In this document: positions 37,230-49,689 of the stretch, piece by piece
How positions within the stretch are numbered: position 1 is the stretch's first letter
How the letters are laid out: each line of letters starts with the position of its first letter
Source of the DNA: Mobula hypostoma
Taxonomy: Eukaryota
Length of the DNA stretch: 64,000 bases
Direction: 5' to 3'
Assembly: GCF_963921235.1 (NCBI RefSeq)
Contig: NC_086097.1
Location: 37,946,001-38,010,000 of the forward strand
Position numbers and translations under genes: made by a program
Notes under the pieces: generated by a model
Told to the model about the DNA's origin: nothing
What the model saw: the letters and a program-made list of their open reading frames with translations, nothing else
The model's database searches: none

Positions 37230-39524
37230 AAGCAACACACATCAAATTTGCTGGTGAATGCAGCAGGCCAGGCAGCATCTCTAGGAAGAGTTACAGTCGA
37301 CGTTTGGGGCCGAGACTCTTCGTCAGGACTAACTGAAGGAAGAGCTGGTAAGAGATTTGAAAGTGGGAGATCCAAAATGATAGGAGAAAACAGGAGGGGG
37401 AGGGATGGAGCCAAGAGCTGGAGTTGATTGGCAAAGGGGATATGAGAGGATCATGGGACAGGAGGCCCAGGGAGAAGGAAAGGTGGGGGGGGGGAACCCA
37501 GAGGATGGGCAAGGGGTATAGTGAGAGGGACAGAGGGAGAAAAAGGAGAGAGAGAGCGAAAGAATGTGTGTATATTGTGATGAAAAACCAAGTTATCAGA
37601 AGATTGATGCTAATGAGAGAGAGATAAGGGAGACAATGGAGAAACGTTCAAAATGTTAATGAGAGAGGAGAGAGAGATAATGAAAAGAGACACAATTCAG
37701 AATATTGACAGACCGGTTGTTTTGAACCTGAACTGTTTGAAGTTTGATGGACAGGTGATACCCCAGCAGGGGGATAAAAAGAACAGGTTCGCTATGGCAC
37801 GACACACACCACGAGATCACGAGATAACGAGACCCTGGAAGAGCGGTGTGCCCCCACAAGTTGGTGGAAGTTTGGAGGTCTGGTTCGAGGGAACCGACCA
37901 TAGACTCACAGGGTGAAAAGGTACGATCGGCAGGAACCTGGTGTGTGTGTCCGTCCTTGCCTGGGTGCTGGGTTCACCGTGGAAGAACAGTCGTATCCAG
38001 AACGGAGGGGTCACAGTCGGTGACCACAGCGGGATAGAAGACATAAAAGGGTCCACCCGAAAGCCAACTGCGAAGAACATCAAAGGTCTGCTTGAATCAA
38101 AATTTGCATCCCCCTCCCCCCCCCAACAGCAATTACTGCGAACTGTACTAAGCAGAATTCTGTCACTTGAGACTGATCATTTTACCCCTAGACTGCGATA
38201 GAGCTTGGTTGATTCCTATTACCCTACTTCTGTGTACATGTGTGTTTTATCATTGCTAACCTGTTGCATTTATATCCTTATGATTAGAGTACTTATTTAC
38301 TTATTTCTTTAATAAAACTTTATTAGTTTCCAGTAATCCAGACTCCAACTAGTGGTCCATTACTGCTGGTTTGGCAACCCAGTTACGGGGTACGTAACAG
38401 TATATAAACAAATACCAGATGGCGTACGAAGGGGAGGTGGGGCATTAGCGGAAGTTTGAGAAGTCAATCTTCATGCCATCAGGTTGGAGGCTACCCAGAC
38501 GGAATATAAGGTGTTGTTCCTCCAACCTGAGTGTGGCTTCATCTTTACAGTAGAGGAGGCCGTGGATAGACATATCAGAATGGGAATAGGATGTGGAATT
38601 AAAATGTGTGGCCACTGGGAGATCCTGCTTTCTCTGGCGGACAGAGCGTAGATGTTCAGCAAAATGATCTCCCAGTCTGCGTTGGGTCTCGCCAATATAT
38701 AGAAGGCCACATCGGGAGCACCGGACGCAGTATATCACCCCAGTCGACTCACAGGTGAAGTGTCGCCTCACCTGGAAGGACTGTCTGGGGCACTGAATGG
38801 TAGTAAGGGAGGAAGTGTAAGGGCATGTGTAGCACTTGTTCCGCTTACAAGGTTAAGTGCCAGGAGGGAGATCAGTGGGGAGGGATGGGGTGGATGAATG
38901 GACAAGGGAGACACGTAGGGAGCGATCCCTGCGGAATGCAGAGAGAGGGGGGGAGGGAAAGATGTGCTTAGTGGTGGGATCCCGTTGGAGGTGGCAGAAG
39001 TTATGGAGAATAATATGTTGGACCCGGAGGCTGGTGGGGTGGTAGGTGAGGGCAAGGGGAACCCTATTCCTAGTCGGGTGGCGGGAGGATGGAGTGAGAG
39101 CAGATGTACGTGAAATGGGGGAGATGCGTTTGAGAGCAAAGTTGATAGTGGAGGAAGGGAAGCCCCTTTTTTAAAAAAAGGAGGACATCTCCCTCGTCCT
39201 GGAATGAAAAGCCTCATCCTGAGAGCAGATGCGGCGGAGATGGAGGAATTGTGAGAAGGGCGTGGCATTTTTTTGCCAATCAACTGTCCAGCTCTTGGCT
39301 CCATCCCTCCCCCTCCTGTCTACTCCTATCATTTTGGATCTCCTCCTCCCCCTCCCACTTTCAAATCTCTTACTAGCTCTTCCTTCAGTTAGTCCTGACG
39401 AAGGGTCTTGGCCCAAAACGTTGACTGTAACTCTTCCGAGAGATGCTGCCTGGCCTGCTGCGTTCACCAGCAACTTTGATGTGTGTTGCTTGAATTTCCA
39501 GCATCTGCAGAATTCCTTATGTTT
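37230..39524 (-). mobile_element. Penelope-like element with inverted terminal repeat, interrupted by a solo LTR
   Basis: GIY-YIG ORF 38445-38771; inverted terminal segment about 39270-39524; TSD acaaaagtggatt (37217-37229) / acaaaattggatt (39525-39537); sits in an old CR1. Confidence 0.93.
37576..38399 (+). mobile_element. Solo LTR (824 bp)
   Basis: TGT...ACA termini, 6-bp TSD GTATAT (37570-37575 / 38400-38405), TATA-like GATAAAAA near 37773, AATAAA at 38311. Confidence 0.88.
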
Positions 39525-39914
39525 ACAAAATTGGATTGTTTCTTCTGGAACGTCAGAGGCCGAGTGGCAACCTGATAAAAGTACATAAAATTATGCGAGG
39601 TACACATTGCATTGATCGTCTTTCCCAGTTTCCCAGAGTGGAAATGTGGAACACTCGAGGGCAGAGCTGTAAGGTGAGAGGGGGAAGTTTGAAGAAGTTT
39701 TTTTTTGAACAGTGGCGGGTGCCCAGAATGTGCTTTCAGGCAAAGTGGTGGAATCAGATATGATAGAAATGTTTAATAGGCATTCAGATCGGCTCATGAA
39801 CAGGCAAGGAATTGAGGGATGTAGTCCATATTCAGGCAGATGAAATTTATTTTAAATTGGCATCACTGGTCAGAATTATGACAGCACTGTTCCTGCCCCG
39901 TTCTCTTCAAAACC

Positions 39915-40705
39915 GAGCACATCTTTCCCTCCCCCACCCCCCCACTTTGTTTTCCTCAGAGATTGCTCCCTATGCAACTCCCTTGTCTATTCATCTCTCC
40001 CCACTGATCTCCCTCCTGGCACTTATCCTTGCAAGTGGAACAAGTGCTACACCTGACCCTACACCACCTCCCTCACTACCATTCAGGGCCCTAAACAGTC
40101 TTTCCAGGTGAGGCAACACTTCACCTGTGGGTCTGTTGGGGTCATATACTGTGTCCTGTGCTCCCAGTATGGACTCCTGTATATCAGTAAGATCCAACAT
40201 AGATTGGGAGACTGCTTTTCTGAACACCTATGCTCTGCCCACCAGAAAAAGTGGGATCACCTAGTGGCCACCCATTTTAATTCCGTTTTCTATTCCCATT
40301 CTGATATGTCCATCCATGGTCTCGCAATGAGGCCACATTTGGGTTGGAGGAACAGCACCTTATATTCTGTCTGGCTAGCCTCCAACCTGATGGCATGAAT
40401 ATTGATTTCTTGAACTTCCAGTAATGTGCCCCCCCATCATTTCTCATTTGCTTTTCCCCTCTCACCTTATCTCCTTGCCCACCCATTGCCCCCCTCTTGT
40501 GCACCTTTCCCCTTTTCTTTCTTCTGTGGCCTTCTGTCTCTTTTACCAATCAACTTACCAGCTCTTTACTTCATCCCTGCCCCCTCAGGTTTCACCTGTC
40601 ACCTTGTGTTTCTCTCTCCCCTCCCCCAACTTTTAAAATCTACTCCTCAGCTTGTTTTTCCTCCAGCGTTTTGTGTGTGTTGCACTTGGATTTTCTCTTG
40701 TTTGC
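39915..40705 (+). mobile_element. Penelope-like element 3' fragment
   Basis: ORF 40108-40398 degenerate GIY-YIG; terminal repeat partly deleted. Confidence 0.85.
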
Positions 40706-41511
40706 TGTTCTATGTTCTTTCACTGTCTTCCACAGGGCTAATGAAGGGTTGTAGTCCTGAAGTGTTCTGTTATATTTGGCTGAGTGGTTCCTTTCTATGT
40801 AATGTGGTCATGTTCCAGTTTTTATAAACATTGTACTCCATCTTGAGCAACAAACAATCTGTGGAGCTGGAGGAAACCATTGGGTTAACCAGCATTGGTG
40901 GGAGGAAGGAAATTGTTGACATTTCGGGTCAAAACCCCACGTCAGTACTCCATCTCGTTGTTCGTGATCATGATCTGGCTTTCTTATAACTTCCTCATTC
41001 ACATTGTAACAATAGGGTATCAAAAACAAAACTGCTTAACTCTAAATGATCATAAAATACAGAATGACTGAAGCAATGAATCTTCACACAGGAAGCTAAA
41101 ATTTTGCATCACTTTTGAGTATCTTCCTGTTGCCATTCCCATAAAAGAAAAATAAAGGCAAGGGGCAGCTGAGACATTGTCTGCATATCTCAGAATTTCT
41201 GTTCCGTTACTTAGTTTGACTTGGAATTGACGTTGACATCCCCTGTAAACTTCAAGTTGCAGTGCTGTTTCTCAGGCAAACAAAGCTGCTGAAGAATAAT
41301 TCAAATTATTTTTTACCTAATCTGTTCAACACTTGTTTTCCAACTGTAGTTGTGGCCTTTCCTAGACCTACAAAAGCATACTTTACAGTTCTCGGGTTTC
41401 TTGTTTCCTTAACATTTTTGAGCCTCCATTAGATAGTTGCCACTTTATTGAAAAATTGAGCAGAATTAGAGGTTGTGATGGGTAAATTACAATAGCTTTG
41501 CAGCAAATCTG

Positions 41512-41514
41512 AGC

Positions 41515-41577
<63 letters not shown>

Positions 41578-42230
41578 CCAGGGGGACTCAGCAAGCCAGA
41601 CGGTATCTATGGAAAAGAGTAAACAGTTGCAGACCCTTCATCAGGATTGAAGGAAAAAGTTGGGGTCAGAGTAAGCAGGTAGGGGGTGGGGAGGAAGAAA
41701 TACAAGGGTGTAGGTGATAGGTGAAACCAGGAGGGGTGAAATAAAGGGCTGGGTGAAGTCAGCTGGTGAAAGAGATAGAGTTGGACAAGGGGGACAGGAG
41801 AGAAAGCCATGGAAGGGGGAGGAGCACCAGAAGGAAGTGATGGACAGTTAAGGAGATAAGTCGAGAGAGGGGAAATGGTGAGGGGGTGGGGCCATTATCA
41901 GAAGTGTGAGAAATTGATGTTCAAGCCATCAATGTGGAGGCTACCCAGCTGGAATATAAGGTGTTGCTCCTCCAGCTGAGTGTGACCTCATCGTGGCAGT
42001 GGAGGAGGCCATGGACTGACATGTCGGAATGGGAAGTGGAATTAAAATGGGTGGCCACTGGAAGATCCCGCTTTTTCAGGCGGGCGGAGCATAGGTGTTC
42101 GGCGAAGCAGTCTTTCGATCTATATCGGGTTTTACTGATATAAAGGTGGCCACACTGGGAGCACTGGATACTGTGGATGACCCCAACACATTCACAGGTG
42201 AAGTGTCACCTCATCTGGAAGGGCTGTTTC
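41512..42230 (-). mobile_element. Penelope-like element 3' fragment
   Basis: Homology to other copies including GIY-YIG remnant and terminal repeat. Confidence 0.85.
41517..41572. repeat. (CA)28 microsatellite
   Basis: Perfect CA run inside the Penelope terminus AGCAA(CA)nAAATGC. Confidence 0.97.
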
Positions 42231-42385
42231 AATAAATTGCCTGTAACATTTTAGTGGAAGATGCACAATTCTCATCTTGGAGAATCCAATTCCAATGCAA
42301 ATCTACTTGAAATTTGGGATCAACCAAAACAAAACTTGTTTTGGCTTTCCTAATGGATAACAATAGTGAGAATGAGTGAATTCTG

Positions 42386-43350
42386 AGCAACACTCACAAC
42401 ACGCTGGAGGAACTCAGCAGGTCGGGCAGCATCCGTGGAAATGATCAGTCAACGTTTCAGGCCAGAACCCTTCATCAGGACTGTAGAGGGAGGGGGCAGA
42501 GGCCCTATAAAGAAGGTGGGGGGCGGGTGGGAAGGAGAAGGCTGGTAGGCTCCAGGTGAAAAACCAGTAAGGGGAAAGATAAAGAGGTGGGGGAGAGGAG
42601 GCAGGGAGGTGATAGGCAGGAAGGGTGAAGAAAGAATAGGGGAAAACACAATGGATAGTAGAAGGAGACAGAACCATGAGGGAGGTGATAGGCAGCTGGG
42701 GGGAGGGGGCAGAGTGACATAGGGATAGGGGAAGAGAGGGGGAGGGAATTACTGGAAGTTGGAGAATTCTATGTTCATACCAAGGGACTAGAGACTACCC
42801 AGACGGTATATGAGGTGTTGCTCCTCCAACCTGAGTTTAGCCTCATCATGGCAGTAGAGGAGGCCATGTATGGACATGTCTGAATGGGAGTGGGAAGCAG
42901 AGTTGAAGTGGGTGGCTACTGGGAGATCCTGTCTGTTTTGGCGGACGGAGCGGAGGTGCTCGACGAAACGGTCCCCCAGTCTGCATCGGGTTTCACCGTT
43001 GTGTCCCTCCCCCAGCTGCTTATCACCTCCCTCTTGGTCCCGTCTCCTTCTACTACCCATTGTGTTTTCCCCTATTCCTTCTTCACCTTTCCTGCCTATC
43101 ACCTCCCTGCCTCCCCTCCCCCGCCCCTTTATCTTTCCCCTTACTGGTTTTTCACTTGGAACCTACTAGCCTTCTCCTTCCCACCCTCCCCCACCTTCTT
43201 TATAGGGCCTCTGCCCCTTCCCCCTACAGTCTTGACAAAGGGTTCCGGCCCGAAACGTCGACCGATCTTTTCCACGGATGCTGCCTGACCTGCTGAGTTC
43301 CTCCAGCGTGTTGTGAGTGTTGCTTTGACCCCAGCATTTGCAGATTATTT
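42386..43350 (-). mobile_element. Penelope-like element (second subfamily) with about 320-bp inverted terminal repeats
   Basis: 42386-42715 is inverted relative to 43003-43324; perfect TSD tgagtgaattctg (42373-42385 / 43351-43363). Confidence 0.93.
42446..42483 (-). ncRNA. Minimal type I hammerhead ribozyme motif
   Basis: Minus strand: cagtc-CTGATGA-AGGgttctggCCT-GAAAC-GTT-gactg; 5-bp stem I, stem II, palindromic AACGTT in place of stem III. Confidence 0.75.
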
Positions 43351-44413
43351 TGAGTGAATTCTGAGGTTTTCTAAAGTAGCTTGCTCAGCATATGCAGTGT
43401 AAAATCAGCTGCCATACATTAGGTCGTCAACCCTAAACCTTTTCTTCAGAGAGTTATTGCCGGTGACCAAAAGGTGTGTGATTTCTCACTGAAATTTCGT
43501 CATTATTCTTTTGATAGCAATTCATCTTGTGCACTGTTTCATCCCTTGCTGCTTCATTGAATGGCTGTCAGGGGCACGGGGTGCTGTATACATGATACTC
43601 CTCCACTACATTAGTTTCAGCACAGATATGATAAAAGTAATGGGGGCAACAGGAGCACCGTGGAAAGCACATCGTTCAAGTTGTTAGTGCTTTTATTTGT
43701 CTGGAGTCTGTCTCTAATATGGCACATGATCCACAATACTACAACATAGAATCATTCCAGGTGGTATTATGAATGACCTTTCCTTTCACTATCTACTTAA
43801 AATAATTTTCTTCAACTGACAGCAACTGAAAGACTCCACCCTAGAGAAAAATTGTTGTGTGTGCCTTGGGTGTATCCAGAGAATTTCAACCATATGATCG
43901 TGTTCACGTATTCCAAGAGGAACTCAGAATAATTTAAAATCTGCATAATTTTAATTAACTAAAATTTTGATTTATTTTTGTAAAAGACAAATTAACAGAA
44001 TGTACATGGACTGTGGAGGTAAATTAATGTTTAAAAGTTTATACACGAGGTTTTGCTTTTAACCTAAACAATGCAATGTTTATTCAAACATTTTCTCAAC
44101 TAAAAATGTATTACTACATAGTGTCGCAGATTTTGGTAGGTTTTACCAGCACTCCACCCAGAACTGTCAACTTGTATTTGCTTAACTGCCACGAGATCAG
44201 AGCTCTGACACAAGTACCTAGTCCTAATCTTTTTGATAGACACTTACAAAGTTCAGTGGTGAAGCATAACCAGTAAAACACCACTGAAGCTCTAACAATG
44301 TAACAGGAGCTTTCATGAATTCCCCAGCATTTGTTTTGAGGAATCAGCTTCTGGGTGCTGTGTCCATCGGATGACAACTGTACAGCAGCAAGGATGAAAG
44401 GTAAGAGTATTTG

Positions 44414-46047
44414 CAGTGGTGCTAGAAAGTTTGTGAACCCTGTAGAATTTTCTCCATTTCTGCATATATATGACCTAAATTTGATCAGATCTTCACGTAA
44501 GTCCTAAAATTAGATAAAGAGAACCCCAATTAAATAAATAACGCAAAAAGCATTATACTTGTTCATTTATTCATTGAGAAGAAAATGGTCTAATATTGCA
44601 TGTATTTGTTGGAAAAAATTTTGTGAACCTTTTGCTTTCAGTAACTAGTGTGACTACACCCCCCCGCCCCCCAGCAGCCCCTTGAACAGCCAAATGTTTC
44701 CGGTAACTGTTGGTCAGTTCTGTACGTCGGCTTGAAGGAATTTTAGGCCATTCCTCCTTACAAAACTGCTTCAACTGTGGGATGTCAGTGGGCTTCCTTA
44801 CATGAACTGCTTGCTTCAGCTCCTTCCACAACATTCCTATAGGATTCAGGTCAGGACTTTGACTTGACCATGCCAAAACACAGATTTTCTTCTTTTTAAA
44901 CCATTCTGTTGATTTACTCTTGTCTTTTGCTTTATTGACTTGTTGCATTATCCAACTTCTCTTAAGCTTCAGGTCACAGACCGCTACCCTGATATTCTCC
45001 TGTAAGATACCTTGATACAATTTTGAATTCGTTGTTCCCTCAATGATTGTAAAATGTCTAGGCCCAGAGGCTGCAAAGCCGCCCTAAACCACGATGCTCC
45101 TTCCACCATGCTTCTCAGTTGGAATGAGGTTTTGGTGTTGGTGAGCAATGTCCTTTTTTCTGTAAACATAGTAATATGCATTTCTGCCAAAAAAGTTCAA
45201 CTTTTGTCTTATCTGCCCGCAAACATTGTTCCTGAAGCATTGTAGAACATCTAAGTAGTCTTTTCCAATCTTGAGACGTGCAGCAATGATTTTTTTTTTG
45301 GAGAGCAGTGGTTTCCTCCATGATGTCCCTCCATGTACGCCATTCTTCAGTGTTTTTCTTATAGTGGACATGTGAACAGAGATTTTAGAAAGTTCTGGAG
45401 ATTTCTGTAGGTCTTTTGCTGTTACCCTTGGATTCTTTTTCATCTCCTTCAGCATTGCATGTTGTACTCTTGGTGTGATCTTTGCAGGACACCCACTACT
45501 AGTGAGAGTAGCAACAGTACTGAGGTTCCTCCATTTGTAGACAATTTCTCTTGCTGTGGACTGTTGAACATTCAGGTCTTTGGAAATGCTTTTGGTCACC
45601 TTTTCCAATTTCATGCATCTCTACAATTATTCTTCCAAGGTCCTCTGAAAATTGTTTTGATCGAGGCATGGTGCACATGGAGATCTTTCTTGAGAAGAGC
45701 AGGCTCTGTCAGTAACCTGACTTTGTGTGCCTTTTTTTTTAATGGGACAGGGCACCTCTACAACCCACATCTCTAATCTCAGCTCCTTGATTGCAATACC
45801 ATACTCCAAGTAGCTTTTGTAGAAGGCATTATCCCAGAGGTTCACATACTTTTTCCAACAAATACATGTAATATTGGATCATTTTTCTCAATAAATAAAT
45901 GAAGAACTATAATGTTTTTGTGTTACTTATTTAATTGGTTTCTCTTTATCTAGTTTTAGGACTTCTGTGAAGATCTGATCACATGAGGACATATTTATGC
46001 AGAAATGGAGGAAGTTCTTCAGGGTTCACAAACTTTCGAGCACCACT
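44414..46047 (-). mobile_element. Full-length Tc1 transposon (IR-DR type) with frameshifted transposase
   Basis: About 210-bp TIRs (44414-44630 / 45838-46047) starting CAGTGGTGC, with inner repeats TTTGTGAACC; fragments 45084-45614 (HTH, KHGGRSIVV) and 44571-45020 (WSSQSPDLNPI). Confidence 0.95.
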
Positions 46048-46284
46048 AATTGAACTGGATATTTTTGTTTTCAATTGGATGAAGTAGTTTTTTTTAGTAT
46101 TTTTATCTGGCAGTAATTTTTCAATATTTTAATTGAACTGTGTTGGCTTGTGTTTCTGTTAGAGGCTATCAGAAGTTTGCAAATACTTGATATTTGTAAG
46201 AGAGCAAAGGTAAAGGTGTGGTTTTACCACATTCCAAAGTTCCCAGTGGAGTTTGAGACAGATTGTTTTGATCCACCCACTAAT

Positions 46285-46840
46285 CAGAATCAAGTTTACT
46301 CTCATTGTCTTATATGGCATGAAATGATTTATTTTTTTTGGCAGTGCAAAGGCTGAATTACTATAAATTACTAAATAAATTTTGTAAAATAAAGGAATAG
46401 TGAGATAGTGTTCATGAAACATTCAGAAATCTGATGGTGGAGCTGTTCTTAAATTATTGTGGGTTTTCAGGCTCCTGTACCACCTCTGTGATACAGGGGC
46501 ATGGTGAGGGTCCTTAGTGATGGTTGCTACTTTTCTGAGGCCTTTTGAAGATAGCCTCAATGGTGGAGAGGGTTGTGGCTGCAATGCAGCTAGCTGAATC
46601 TATAACCCTCTGCAGCCTTTTGCAATCCTTTGCATTGGAGCCTCCATACAGTATCAGACTGTGAGGCAGCCAGTTAGAATGCCCTCCACTGTACACCTAG
46701 AATTCGCAAGAATCTTCGGTGATAGACCAAACCTACTCAATCCTAACAAAGAAGAGCCCCTGGCATGCTGCCTTCTTGGTTGCATCAACTTGTTGGCCCA
46801 GGGCAGATTCCGGGAGATGTTGGCACCCAAGAAATTAAAG
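46285..46840 (-). mobile_element. Degenerate Rex1/Babar-type LINE fragment
   Basis: YGGSNAKDCKRLQRVI motif; (GATTCT)n-type tail. Confidence 0.7.
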
Positions 46841-47584
46841 TTATGTTATGTTCAAAGTCTGATCATTTCTGCAGGCCCCACCACTTAATTCCAAGTAAAG
46901 TTTGGCTCAGACGATTGACTCTACATATCCAGAACAGGCAAGCCCAACAGAGTATGGATTTCTTGTCCCATTTAGCAAAGTCAGTCTCTGTAAACAAAAA
47001 TAAAACTTGCAGTTTGCACTGAACTGATGAAACATCAAGTATACAAAACCAATCTATATTTGGACCTTCTGTCACAAAAATAAGTCTGCTGTTCGAGTTA
47101 TTTAACAGGAGGATTGACTCTTAAAAATAATGACAAGGTCATTAGGAGTTTGGAGGACTATCCTGTTGTGGGAGAGAGCAATGTGAAAAATATTATAGAT
47201 GTGTTAGGTGAATTAGACAAGAAAGCCAGGCAAAGAAATGCTTGAGTTGCATCCTGAGAGATTAGAATGGGCGTGGTGTTTAATCACAAAAGCAATTGTG
47301 TCCGATAGCGAATTGTTAAAATATGAATCCTGTCAAACATTCACTTTTAATTTGATGACACAGATTAGGAAGAGGAAACCAAGTGGGTAATTTATATCCA
47401 AGTGCCTGTGATGGAGTCACAGGAAAGGACAGCACAGAAAAAGGCCCTTTATCTAATCTAGTTCATGCTGAACTATTTAAGATGCCTACTCCCATCGTCC
47501 TGTACTGGGACCATAGCTCTCTATACCCCTACTACCCTTGTACCTATCCGTACTTCTCAAATATTGAAATCTTGTGTTTAAACG

Positions 47585-48245
47585 TTAAATGCAAGAAATT
47601 GCAGATGCTGGAAATTCGAAGCGACATACAAAATGCTGGAGGAGCTCAGCAGGTTAGGGAGCATCTAGAACAGGGGTTCCCAGTCTGCAGTCCATGTGTG
47701 TCTCTCTGTTAATGGTAAGGCTCCACGGAATGAAAAAGATTAGGAAACCCCTGACCTAGAAGAAGCTGGGAGGTGATAGGTGGAAAAGGTAAAAGGCGGG
47801 AGAAGGAGAAGTTTGACAGGAGAGGAGAATGGATCATGGGAAGGAAGTGGGCATCAATTTCCCCAACTTCCAGTAACGTCGACCTCTCCAATTTCCAGTA
47901 ACTTGCCCCCTTCCCTGTTCACCCTTCAATTCCAAACTTCGTAACCCCCCCCCCACGTCTATCACTTCCCTCTGGTGCCCGCTCCTTCCTTTTCTCCCAT
48001 GGTCCACTCTACTCTGCTATCAGATTCCTTCTCCCCTTCACCTTTTCCACCATTCACCTCCTACCTTCTTACTTGATACCCCCCCCCCCCACCCCAACCA
48101 CCTGGTTTCACCTTCCCTTCCACTTTATTCTGGCTTTTTCTCCCCCCTCTTTTTTTTCCAGTGCTGATGAAGGGTCTCAGCCCGAAAGATTTCCATAGGT
48201 GCTGCCTGACTTGCTTCGTTCCTCCAGCATTTTGTGTGTGTTACC
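47585..48245. mobile_element. Penelope terminal segments in inverted arrangement
   Basis: Terminus with tail at 47585-47665 and inverted terminus ending 48245; decayed hammerhead motif near 48160. Confidence 0.75.
47671..47753. mobile_element. hAT-type MITE
   Basis: TIR CAGGGGTTCCC / GGAAACCCCTG; 8-bp TSD atctagaa / acctagaa. Confidence 0.8.
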
Positions 48246-48428
48246 TCGGATAAGCCATTGTATTAAATTTAGTTCTGTCTAGGAAAGTTTAGTAAGGATT
48301 GGGAATCCAGGCAACCAAAGAGATGCCATTACCACTGGGTCTTGCATACTAGATTCCTATTGTTCTGCTTCGCCAGCCCAATGCAATAAAATAACCCATC
48401 TTCCCCTCTCCCATCCTGAATCTTTTTA

Positions 48429-48890
48429 CGGTGGATTCCAGTTAATTGGGGCACATCAGGACCAGTACATTTTGGCCCAGTTAAGCGGCTGTCCCAATTA
48501 GTTGATGTTGCCTGGAAATAGTTGAGAAGGTACTTTCTTTTTTTATTTAAAAAAAAGCAGATGCTGTTTAACTGAAAAACACATTATGTATTTAAAAGAA
48601 GTTAAGAACAAATTAGAACATTACCAATGCTACTGCAGTGCTATAAAACTGCATTAGTTCCTAGTGGTTATTGCTGGAGGAATTCATCCAGTGTGTGCTG
48701 CTGTGTATGGGGTGTCCAGGGAGGGTAGCAAATCTGGTGAAAGTTCTTGTCATGTCCATTCTTGGGCAGCTTGCCTTTGGTCCCCACCAGACACTTAGCT
48801 CTCACCAATGGCTCCAAGCACCTGTTTGCATGTGACAGCAGCCACACGCCGGTAAATGCTTCAATAGGCAAAATCAAGTGAGGGTAGTTG
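48429..48890. mobile_element. Second, truncated copy of the Tigger-like composite element
   Basis: TA|CGGTGGATTCCAGTTAATTGG left end; colinear with 1491-1872 plus 3295-3365. Confidence 0.8.
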
Positions 48891-49689
48891 GGGGGGGGTC
48901 TAATTCCCCCTGCCCCTTTCCTCAGTCTGCTTGGTTGTTGTATATTTAACTTGATACCTTACGACATACAGTATTGTTTTCTTCAGATAATTAGTTTGAC
49001 GGAATTTATTAAATTGTGCAGTCAATACAAGTAGCAGACTTCAAAGGTTATTTAAATTTTATGGAGTTGGATTGACCCAGGTTCTGACTTTTGAAGACCC
49101 CACCCTTCCCATCCTCTTATGCTCCCTGGAGCAACAATAACGTTTTGTGGAGTTATATTTGAACTTGATGCCTCTCCTGCATTTAATCTACAACATTGGT
49201 GGTCCACAATCAATAACTAGGTATTACTGCCTTTTGGTATTTTGATCATTGTTGAATTGTTTCAACCATCTCTAAATGCTTCTGATCAGTGATAGTTTAA
49301 AAAAAATTAGATGTTGATATGAATTTAAATAAGGTTAAATTATTTTGTACATAACAGAGCACTTAATTAAAATCAGAGTTCTTAATATTTAAAAAAGCAA
49401 GCTCCTTCTTTATCTGGTTTGCAACACTGTTTATTTGTTTGAGATGTGGCATGGAACAGGCCCTCCTGGGGAGCTGTGCCACCCGACAACTCCCATTTTA
49501 ACCCTAGCCTAATCATGGGACAGTTTGCAATGACTAATTAACCTACCAACCAGTATGTCTTTGGACTACGTTTACATTGATAGGGTTGGGCCAGAAGCGC
49601 TGGATTGGTACAAAGCTGAACATCACAAGTAAATTGTGTCCTTCCAGACTTCTGAACTTGGTGCTGAGTCCAGTGGCGGCTGAAGGTCT

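Noticed and set aside
37653..38201. Cluster of overlapping short ORFs
   Set aside because: All lie inside the solo LTR and show no recognisable protein motifs
42414..43296. Pro/Ser/Leu/Phe-rich ORFs (also at 634, 17398, 40426, 55172)
   Set aside because: Artefacts of the pyrimidine-rich Penelope terminal repeat
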